DNA from: Dimorphilus gyrociliatus
Taxonomy: Eukaryota > Animalia > Annelida
Length of the DNA: 64,000 bases
Assembly (NCBI GenBank): GCA_904063045.1
Contig: CAJFCJ010000015.1
Span: forward strand, 930,001-994,000
Direction: 5' to 3'
In this document: positions 12,416-22,600 of the stretch, in pieces
Layout of the letters: every line of letters starts with the position of its first letter
Numbering within the stretch: the stretch's first letter is position 1
Translations under genes and position numbers: made by a program
The notes under the pieces: model-generated
The model's database searches: none
Seen by the model: the letters and a program-made list of their open reading frames with translations, nothing else
What the model was told of the DNA's origin: nothing

Positions 12416-14998
12416 ATGAATTCTTATGCTAATATATTTTTTCTTATTAATTTGCATAATAATTTGCATATTTGCTGTAATTTAAAATTAATCAAAGATT
12501 TTGTTGATTCGTTAAGAATTGTTCAAGTGAATTTAGGCAACGAAATAAATGAACCTTGCATAAAGGATATAAAACTTTTAAAAAGTGAATATAACCAATG
12601 CCAAATTGATTTATCCTCTTCGTGGAAGTTAAATAGCGTTTTATCAAGCGTCGAATGGACGAAAAAAAACGAAGATCAATCGATAATTTACTCAAAATGG
12701 AAGAAAAATGGTAATTTAATGATAAAAAAGGCAGAAGCGAAGCATGACGGAACTTTTATTTGTTCCATAATTTTTAATTGTATGAACCGGAAGGGGAACG
12801 TTAATGGAAGGTTTACGTATAAAGTTTTCAGTGAATTACAAGTTCAGTTTGGTAAAAGTTTATTAGGCCTAAAGCAGTCGTTATTAAGATTAAAGATTAT
12901 GACTAAAGTTTGTAATCCTCTTATAAGAGAAAATCTAAAGAGTAAAATTAGACGTTTATTAACGAGGCGTCACCTATGCAAAATGTCACAAATAACGGCT
13001 ATTTGCTGGAGAAATAATTATAACATTAATGAAATAATTAAAAGTTATAGACGCGTTCGCAAATGGAAATTATTATTTATATTTACAATAAAACTATGCC
13101 TACTAAGGTCAAAGGTTGAGAGTTTGATAAATAAATTAAGAAGTACGTGGAAAAATTCGAAAAGCTTTGTTCTAATGGATGAAAATGAGAAGATTGATAT
13201 ATTCTCTTGTCCCCAGTTGTTCTATTACGATAGCAACGAAAATCGTTGTATTTCTTGTAAGCCGGGAAGTTACTATGATAAAGAAAAACGTGACTGTTTC
13301 CCCTGCGCACCTGGGGAATATTCATCTTCTAGCGGTTTGTTACGCTGTATTCCCTGCCCTAAAAACTTAATAACAAACACTTTTGGAGCAATTAACAAGA
13401 ATCAATGTATGTACAAACAAATCGAAGTCTCCCAAGTTTACGGTACCATTGGACAAACTGTAAAAGTGTCTTGTTTACCTGAATTCTTGAAAAGAAGAAA
13501 TTTGCTACCTAATTTTATAAAATGGTTTAAAGCGTCAAAAGTACCTTTAAATAGCAACAAGCGTTCATTAGATTTAACGATTAATGACGCTTCTGACGCA
13601 GGTATTTACACTTGTTCAGCCGTAATGAAGGGTAAATCATACGAGTTCAATCATCTAATACTGTTGATAGATCTAAATACTATTAGATTTAAGGTAACTT
13701 ATGGCTTATTAACTCATTCCTGCTTCGATAGATACCCTTGGGATATCGCTAGACATATGACGGAATATATTAAAAACAATATAGGCTCACCATCTAAATT
13801 AAATATTCATAAGGAATGCGGTCAAGATTACGGTGAAGTGCTGTTGAATCGACGTTGGCCTGATGATATTGTTAATTGTAGACTAATTAATCACCCGACA
13901 AAACCTAATGTACAGTATTGTTATCCTAAAACTTTTAAAACATTCTTTCTGTTCGGTGAGGACTATTACAATTTGACCGGAAATCTATATCGGCCAAATA
14001 TAGGCGATAATACATACTACAGGAAACTTCAAAGAATATCCGTTGTATCAAAACCGGATAAGGGATCAATTATATTTAATACTATGGACTGTATGTGGAA
14101 GGCGTACTCCACGCTGCAAAACTATTATAGATATGAAAGGACAGATGAAGATCACGATTATAACGTATACATTAGACATCTTCTAAGAATACTTCGTTAC
14201 GACGCATCCGTCAAGATGGAATATCCATTTGCCAATTTTTCATGGACCAACCTGGAATGGATATTTGCAGTACGTTATTGCATAGTTTGCAGTTTGTTTG
14301 GTAATCTGAGATTGAATTTGTACAATTTTACTGAATTATCAAATTCTTCCTATGAGTCTAAATTCTATAATAAATATGGTCAAAATGGTGTTATAAAGTC
14401 TCCATTATCTATTGAATACGATTGTGATAAGGGTTATGAACCCGACGAATATATGCTCTTATGTATAGGCTGTCAGCCAGGATATTATAAACATGAGAAA
14501 GGTAGAAATCGATGCCTAGAGTGCCCTTTAAATACATACCAAGACTATCAAGGTCAACAATTATGTAAACTCTGTCCAAATTCAACTTTTACAGAATCTA
14601 CAGCATCATTCGATCTCTCCCATTGCCTTATTGAATATCCTAATAGAATTTTAGTGAGAGATCCGATCATTAGGAGAAGGCCAATCGGGTTCAGAGTGTC
14701 AATACAAAACATTAATTTTCAAACTGACTTTTTCGCAACGTTTCCTTTTACAACTAGTCAACCTACTCTAAAAAATTGGATTAAAATTTTAATAGGCCTA
14801 TGCACTCCTTTACTTTTTTCAATAATCGTTTATGGTTCCCTAATAATGTTTGCTCGTTTAAAGAAACCAAAGAAAGATAAACAGGAAGTTTTAGAAATAC
14901 TTCTAAAATCGAAATTTCGTAGGCCTAATAAAGAAGTTGAAGATGCACTTTTATTGGTGAAGTCTATAAAGAATAAAAACTTGTGTAAAAGTGGATAA
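12416..14998 (+). CDS. Intronless membrane protein with 2 Ig-like domains, 2 Cys-rich ephrin-receptor-like (GCC2/GCC3) repeat regions and a C-terminal TM; ZPBP-like architecture
   Basis: 860-aa ORF. Ig motifs W..K...DGTFIC and KWFK...DAGIYTC. Cys-rich repeats CKPGSYY..CFPCAPGEY...CIPCP and CQPGYY...CLECPLNTYQ...CKLCP. TM ILIGLCTPLLFSIIVYGSLIMFA followed by RLKKPKK. The true N-terminus is uncertain (see findings). Confidence 0.75.
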   Translation: MNSYANIFFLINLHNNLHICCNLKLIKDFVDSLRIVQVNLGNEINEPCIKDIKLLKSEYNQCQIDLSSSWKLNSVLSSVEWTKKNEDQSIIYSKWKKNGNLMIKKAEAKHDGTFICSIIFNCMNRKGNVNGRFTYKVFSELQVQFGKSLLGLKQSLLRLKIMTKVCNPLIRENLKSKIRRLLTRRHLCKMSQITAICWRNNYNINEIIKSYRRVRKWKLLFIFTIKLCLLRSKVESLINKLRSTWKNSKSFVLMDENEKIDIFSCPQLFYYDSNENRCISCKPGSYYDKEKRDCFPCAPGEYSSSSGLLRCIPCPKNLITNTFGAINKNQCMYKQIEVSQVYGTIGQTVKVSCLPEFLKRRNLLPNFIKWFKASKVPLNSNKRSLDLTINDASDAGIYTCSAVMKGKSYEFNHLILLIDLNTIRFKVTYGLLTHSCFDRYPWDIARHMTEYIKNNIGSPSKLNIHKECGQDYGEVLLNRRWPDDIVNCRLINHPTKPNVQYCYPKTFKTFFLFGEDYYNLTGNLYRPNIGDNTYYRKLQRISVVSKPDKGSIIFNTMDCMWKAYSTLQNYYRYERTDEDHDYNVYIRHLLRILRYDASVKMEYPFANFSWTNLEWIFAVRYCIVCSLFGNLRLNLYNFTELSNSSYESKFYNKYGQNGVIKSPLSIEYDCDKGYEPDEYMLLCIGCQPGYYKHEKGRNRCLECPLNTYQDYQGQQLCKLCPNSTFTESTASFDLSHCLIEYPNRILVRDPIIRRRPIGFRVSIQNINFQTDFFATFPFTTSQPTLKNWIKILIGLCTPLLFSIIVYGSLIMFARLKKPKKDKQEVLEILLKSKFRRPNKEVEDALLLVKSIKNKNLCKSG

Positions 14999-15954
14999 TT
15001 GGTCTTTTCATTCATTCATTTATTCTTTCTTTCTTTCACAACACACACACACACACATTCTCTCTCTCTCTCTCTCTCTTTCTCTACTTTTTTTTTATTT
15101 GAATAATTAATGTCTTAGAATAATTAGTAAAAAATGTTTTAGGTAGATAAATCGTTTTGTTTATAAAGTTCCCATGGAAATAGATAGTTTGTTGCAGTTG
15201 TTACATAGAATAACTTTAAGATATTGTTTAGTATACAGTGTAATAACAATGTATGATCTTCATGAAAAGGCTCTCCTAAAGGTTTTAAAATTAATTTAAT
15301 TCAATAACTATGTTTATACAAATATATATACACAAACACACAATGTAAATAAGAAAGAATGTAAATATAAGTTAATTGTATGCATATTCATGAAGAAGTA
15401 TATTTATACATGGTTGACCAATGAGCACTGGATAAATAAGGCAAAGGGCCTTAACAACTGTTGCTTTGTTTACTATTTACATGTTACTCTTGCTTTTATC
15501 TTAACATGGTGGTCTGTTTTGCAGATCAACAATGGGGAAAGAAATTCTCATCGCTGTTGCAATCGATAACCCTATTTCGATCCTATTCAAACATTAATTT
15601 AACTAATATTAATAAACATTAAAAAGCACTATAGTTAAGGGCGTTATAAGATATCTCGAAACGCCAACAAAGAGACTGATTATTCGATGAAGGGCAGTGC
15701 TTTCTACATAATGCATACCCTTATTTGATCGATTAGCTGAAGAGGATAGAGTTTTGGAGTCCAATTTGTTATTCGACAGGAACGGCTTCTGTTAGTTGAC
15801 TGATAACCTATTCATCCAATCACAATTAATCCAAAAGCCATTGATTTATACAAGTGAATTACCATGTACATTTAAGAATAGAAATAACATAAAAACCCAT
15901 TAGTGAACAGTAGGTACGCGTCTACTATGAGAGTATATTGAACTAGGTTTTGCA

Positions 15955-16683
15955 GTGCGCTATACGATGTTATCCATGAACGAGGCAGCTCAAAATCCGA
16001 GATTAGAACGTCCAGCATCCGCTTATAGAAATCATTTTAGACGCCGGATAAAAAGTTGCGATGATCAAGATGAAGAGGATTTAGAAACAATTCTCTTGAA
16101 TCCGGACGAAGAGCTTGAAGAAGAAAAATTGACTCCAAGGAGTAATCAAACGTCCTCTCCTATGCCTAATTTTGTTTCCTTTGATATATCTGCTACTCAG
16201 GTGAGTTCCGAGACGTTCTATACGCAAGTTCAATCGAATGTTCTCGATCGGCAAAGAGCTCGGGCGAATTCTGATTCTAAAAATTCAGCGACGGAAGAGG
16301 CTAGGTTGGAATCTCTACGAAAATTAAAGCAAACCCAAGGTGGACCAAGGCGTCATCCGAATAAGAAACTTGATCCAATAGGTGGTGATACATCAATTTC
16401 TCCAACGTTACCTTTATCAAAGACGCCTATACCAGACGTTGTATTAACAGATATAACAATAAAAAAACCTTTTTTTAGACCTACTTCCCCGGAAAACGAG
16501 CATGCTTCTCAATCAATAAGATCTCGAAGAAATCTAGGGGCAATAAGAATTGATTCACCTAGGGAGAGGCCTCTTCCAACAGAATCTCCCAGTTTGTCCC
16601 CTTTCCGAGATAAAATGCCATTACCAAAAATTATCGAAAAAACGTCATTATTTAGAACGAAATCGGCTCCCGATACTCAATGA
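15955..16683 (+). CDS. Uncharacterised, probably disordered Ser/Pro/Arg-rich protein
   Basis: 242-codon ORF, with higher GC than its flanks, that begins just after a splice-acceptor-like tttgcag. First Met at 15967. No recognisable domain. Confidence 0.55.
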   Translation: MRYTMLSMNEAAQNPRLERPASAYRNHFRRRIKSCDDQDEEDLETILLNPDEELEEEKLTPRSNQTSSPMPNFVSFDISATQVSSETFYTQVQSNVLDRQRARANSDSKNSATEEARLESLRKLKQTQGGPRRHPNKKLDPIGGDTSISPTLPLSKTPIPDVVLTDITIKKPFFRPTSPENEHASQSIRSRRNLGAIRIDSPRERPLPTESPSLSPFRDKMPLPKIIEKTSLFRTKSAPDTQ

Positions 16684-17268
16684 ATGGTATTTTTCCTTTC
16701 ATCACAATCGATGATCGATTCTCAATGAGATGAGACGCACGTGTCTATTTACTAATTGTAGACTTTGAACAAGACTACCTGCCGTATTCGTTAATTATTG
16801 ATGTCGAACGAAAAAAGCGTAAGAAAGAGAGACAGTATCTATACAGTTTATACCTATTTTCCCATACTTAAATATAACTATCTCTATCTTTATCTCTATT
16901 CCTCCTCCATCCCCGTTCTCTATATTTTTGTTTTTGTTATTCTCTCCTTGTTAACTCTTTACCTATACAACGATATTGTGCATATCATCAATTTGATTAA
17001 ATAAATTACGTTTAACTTGGATGTCAATCAATTTAATGTCAACATAGTCAATAAATAAATTAAAGAACACGCTCGTCGCTAAAATGCATTAACCGTGAAG
17101 GAGTTAAGTTAACTGTAACAAACATAACCAAAAACAAATTAGGATACTTTTGTAATAAAGCTACAAAAAAATAAAAGAGGTGGATTGAGACATTAATCGA
17201 ATAAATAAAATATATAGAAAATAAACAATAAAACGATTTCAAAATAAATTTGTTCTTTTCTCCTCCAT

Positions 17269-19591
17269 TTAAGTAAGATTCTTCAGTAAAGCTCGCCTTT
17301 TAGGACTTTCTTCAAACATGGCCTCTACCAGCTGTCTTACTTCGTTTGCATTCAAGTGTAACGCTAACGGGCCTTTACCAGAAGCCCATCTGTCCTCGAT
17401 ATCTGCCAACTTGGCGTCCAACAACCTAACAATTTCATTCAGACGCAACCAGCTGGAAACGTGATCGTGGCAAACGACTTCGACAGCATTCGAAGCCTCT
17501 TCGATAAAAAACAGCTGAGGGCAAGTTTGTAAGAAGGAACAAAGCTTTATAGTTAGTGTCGAGCAGTCTTGTAACGAATATTCCGTAATTGTTAACAAAC
17601 AAGTAGTTATGTGCAGAACAACAAATTGAACTAACGATCCTAGACCTCTAAAGAAAGTATTTATCGGTAAACTATCGCGCCAAACTGTTGAGACGTTATG
17701 TAATCTCAGGTGAGTATTTGAAAGAGATTTACTAATACGTTCATCATCGTCGGCAGCGCAAACAAAACCCTTTGCTTCCATTAAACAAGTTGTTAATATT
17801 CCTTTTTCGTATTCTATGTAATCGGCAAAAAATTGATTTCCCAACTTTCGAATCCGGCTGATTACGTCCGCCATACCGTTATATTGTTTCATTCTTTTTA
17901 ATAATACAGCGTCCATAATCAATAGATGATGAGCGAAATACATACAATTATTATTATGCAACGCCGCCAGGTAAGCGTCGGATACAATAAAATTTTTAGG
18001 CAAAAAATCGCAAACACTCTCCGCCAGATGACGTATCGTTACAGCTAAATTTGTAGCTCCATCCCTACTATTCTCGTCAGCTTGTTTTAGTATGCTATAA
18101 GATAAGATCACTATATGTCTGATAGCTATGCTAACGTGACACTTTGGGAGCTTTAAGGCATGTGCAACTCTTCTTTTATTTTCACTGACAAAAACTTCGA
18201 GGTCCTTCGTTGGTTTAGTGAGCTTCCACGGTTCCTCTGGCCCTTTCCATCCTTCAACAAAGCTATGTGGTCTTCGAATTTGACTTTTGGGTTTAATTGT
18301 ACTTTCAATTAGAGTTAGATCGTCGAAACAGGAGAAATCCTTTCCGAGTGGCTGTTCAGCGGTAACCTGAACCGTTTTTTTCATATCCTGAGCAAGTAAT
18401 TGATGAACTTTTCTTAAAACTTCCTGACTTCGGGCTTGAACGAATAACGACGAAACATTATTAAAATAATCTAACAAATTTTTCTTTCCTCTCTCTTCGT
18501 TATTTAACTTTAAAAAACCTAAAACATTCAGAGTGTTTTGAAATTTTTCCGCTTCCGATACTATTTGATCAAAAGTAGCCCAATCGCAAGTTTTTTCTGG
18601 CATTAAATGTCTAAGGCAATTATTAAACAACTCTTCAAACATTAAAGGACAAATATTATCTCCAAAGGCCTGAGTTAAAGGTTCTTGACCGATAGAGCAC
18701 CCTCTAAAAGGTCTATGAAGAAAGAAAAAAACTGTTTGTAAACTTTCTAGAACACTCCAAGCATTAGGAGCAGATGATGACCGATGACCGATTGATGATA
18801 ATCTCAAAACCATAGCACTTGGTTCATCTTCAACAACAACCTTCACTGATGAATCTGATACAATGGATTTTATAAAATAGTTAAGTAGTTTGTCGCTAAA
18901 TGTTTTTAGTCTCTTTTTGAGAAGATTACACTTATGCATTGTTTCAATGCAGTGAGCTATACAATCAGGAGTGGTTTTTTTTATATGGAGCGATGTGTTT
19001 TTTGTTTGTCGTTTAAATACTTTTGGATTTAAAGGGATTTTAAAACGAAAATATTCGTCCCATTTTTCACTTAGATTATAAAAAAGTTTTTCCCGAAGAA
19101 CGCAAGCTTCAGTTTGCAAAAGTTTTTTTGAGGCAACTTCAATCTCAGAATTTACTTCGATTTCTCCTAGATATTTCCTCGATTCATTTAATTTATCGTA
19201 AGCAAACGACCAATTATTGCTAGAAATAGCTGTATCCAATTGACAAACCGATTCATGAGTTTGTAGTATAGAATCTAAAGTCGATAAAGTTTGATCGTGA
19301 GTCGATAATTGAGATTCGAGGCAAGAATCCGGTTCTCTTTCGCATTGTCTCTCTAATTCTTCAAACAATGGTCTCACTATTGAGAATAAATTAGGTATGA
19401 TGTTCTGAAATAGTTCCATTCCATCGTCCGATAACACAGAGCCATATTTCCTTTGAATCGCTGAGCAAATCGCGTTATGTAATTCTGTTACTTTTTCTGC
19501 CAAATGAAAAGCCTTTCCGGAAACAACACTCTCTGTTAAGCATGTTGTCATATCATCATCCAGATCCTCTTCTTCCGATAAATATTCTTTC
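17269..19591 (-). CDS. ZW10: Centromere/kinetochore protein ZW10 homologue (single large exon)
   Basis: Long ORF with ZW10-type motifs (LPKCHVS, AALHNNNCMYFAHHL, WLRLNEIVRLLDAKLADIEDRWASGKGPLALHLNANEVRQLVEAMFEESPKRRALL). The ZW10-like N-terminus MTTCLTES starts at 19551, 40 nt after an acceptor AG at 19592-19593. Confidence 0.9.
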
Positions 19592-19647
19592 CTATAAAGA
19601 AAAGTATAAAAAATATAAGCTAACATAAAATTAATTTCATATAAAAC

Positions 19648-22600
19648 TTACGTGGAAAAGTAACATTCAGATTCTGTGTCTGATAAACATATTGAAGCTG
19701 TTTTCTTTAAATATTCATCAGGAAGAGACCAATCGTAGCCGTCAATAACCTTTTCAAATAAAAACAGTAAAGATTATTTCCATATTAATAGCAAAATAAC
19801 TAAACAGCTCAGAACCTCAACTGTTACTTCTCGGCCTTCCAGGGAATCCGAAAATAATTTGCGTTTAGTAGGACATTCCTCCTCAGCATCTGGAGTGACG
19901 TCAAAGGCTGAACCTAAATCTAACCTAATTGACAAAAAATAATATTATTAAAACGAGCTTTAAATAGTAAATTGGGTATTTTTTTTTACTTGTATTCTGT
20001 AAGACTGCCTAAAGAGCTTGGTGTAGCTATATCATTATCGCTAGGTGTACTAATATCTAGGCCATTTAAAGAATCAGGACTTAATTCCTCTTTCTTATCG
20101 CCCTTTTTATCGTCTTTCTCTAATGTTTTCGTATTAATGTTTAATTGTTTTGGCCTATTGGACACTTGTAAGGGAAGCATAATCGTTTTGATCTCCTCTT
20201 CACTTAACATTGAGCTTTCAGACTCAGTAATACTTGCCAACTCCATAAGATTTCGCATATCCGTAATCTCTTGATCCACCATATTTCTTATATCATTCAT
20301 CTCTTGGGAAAAGATTTCGTGCTCAATTCGACGCTCTCTTTCTAATCTTGTCTAAATAGAGGAAATTGTTATTTTCTTATATAAATAAAAATAAGTCTAT
20401 CGCATAAGGTTGATAATTTAATAATCTTACTTGCTCCTGTTTAGCCTCCCTAACATGTTTTTGCCTCTCTTCTGATAGCCTCTTCCAAGTCTGTTCTTGT
20501 TTCATCATAACGTTTTCAGAATGTTCTAAGGCTTTCCTAGCCTCTTCTTCTACATTTGCGCTTAAACGTTTGACTTCTTCTCTAGCTTTCTTGGCACTCT
20601 CTCTTAAATTGACAAGCTCCTTCTTTTCCTCTTCAATCTCAGCTTTGAGCGCTTCCTGCTCTAATATTTTCGACAATCTATCCGCTTCGGATCTTATATG
20701 GTGTTCATCACTATCTCCCAGATCTTGTACACTTAAACAAGGGTTAGATGCAGAAAACGAACGATTGTTGTCGTTTCTGCAAATAAATTTAAAGATTTAT
20801 TTAACAAATGGCTAGAAATCATCGGTTAGATTAGCCTAATTTGTTAGGCAAAGTGCCTATTTGTCGTATCGTAATGTGTCTTTTATTCACGGTTTTTATT
20901 CAAATTAAAAATAAAAAGTATGCAGTTTTTACCCAAAAATGAGCTATAAAAACTAAATAACGCAATGTCAATTATTAAAGGAATTCTTTTTTTATGTATA
21001 GCTAATTACAATTTATGCATATAAATAAGCTATTCAAGATAATTGTTGTTTTATGATAAATTATCCTCTGATTCCTTTAATTATAGATAACATTCTCAAT
21101 TAAACATAATAAAAGTATTGTTATCTCTACTACTCTTTAAAAAGGGAAAAGTATTAATTAGATATTCTAGAAGATTAGAATTTACAGTTAACGAATAAAT
21201 ATAACTGAAAATAACCGATCCAATATTGTTTATCATTATTTAGACAGTACATAAAAGAGCAACTAGATAAATGTTTTATATTTACTTACTGTGATTCGCA
21301 GCCTGAATCTGGAATTGAAGGAGACGAAGTCCAGCTAAAATTTCTACTTATCAAAACATTCGAATTCTAATAATGGAAGAAAACAAAAAAATGGAAAAAT
21401 GAATGAATTTAATTTACTAATTCTTTTAAATAGTTATATGATATTGGAAAAAGTCAATTACGTTGCAATTCTCCTTTTGAGCCTCGGCTGGATTATTGAA
21501 TCTAAACATATGTTGACCAAACTGAATGATTGATCCTTTTAGGGAAAAAAATAATGATATCATTAACACTATAAATTTGCAGGGAAATTTCATCCAACCA
21601 TGGCAAACGGCCACGCAGCTTACAGCTCTTCGATTATTGATGAAAACTTTTGCCCCGTTTCTGGGCGATAACGTCACTCGACCGTCATCTTGAATTTCAA
21701 TATCGCAATGGAATTGCTCTATATCAGGACCATTTAGTGCTGTTTAATAATTTATTAAGCATTTGTAATAATTGGCTATCCAAATTCATAAATATATGTC
21801 TAACCTATATCAACATTATGTTGACCTTCATCTCTTCCAACGGTTGTTCGTTTCTTAGATAAATGAAAAATAAGTACAGTTCCTTCGCAATCATCTAAAC
21901 CAATAAAGTGGGGTTGTTCAGATTCAACTCTGATTCCACCACATTTTGACCGTTTCAAATCCAAAGCAGTTTCATCAAGAATACGAAATGTTTCCTCTTT
22001 CCAACGACCTTCCCACCTTTCGGTCAAAACTTTTACTCTAGCTTCATTTCTGTTGAGTCGTTCCTATAAAGTAATTTTAATTAGTATCATTAAGAAAAAA
22101 AAAGAAAAATTTTCACCTGATTTTCCAGGACATCTACAGGTGATCCAGTTTGAGCCAAGAGAGCCCTTAAACGATTATTCTCTTCCTTCAATTCTCTTAT
22201 AAGGCGCACGTTTGGATCCTAAAATAAAAAGTACCAACTATTAAGAGGGCAAAATCGAACAAGTAATTAGAATTAATATACTTCATTAATTATTGGTTGG
22301 TTAAGGATCTTTTTAGCACGGTGAGCATAGCGTAGAGTACTTAGACTCTCAGCGTAGCAGCAATCAGCAGGTGAAATAGCTAGTAATGAATTAAAGTTTA
22401 CTTAATAATAGTTATTTGTTTTTAATAGCGCCATTACTTACTGGCAATCATTACAGTATTCGAATTTCCGCCTATACTATCCTTTAGTAACCATGTAAGG
22501 ACGGAATCACGATAAGGTACGAAGACATTCTTTCGTACACTCGCAAACTTATCAGATAAATCAGCTAAAATTAAAGCAAGAAAACACAGCTATATAAACA

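Noticed and set aside
15529-15623. Possible extra 3' exon (..QQWGKKFSSLLQS..) for the Ig/ephrin-repeat gene
   Set aside because: The frame is compatible with a donor near 14986, but the main ORF already ends normally and there is no independent support.
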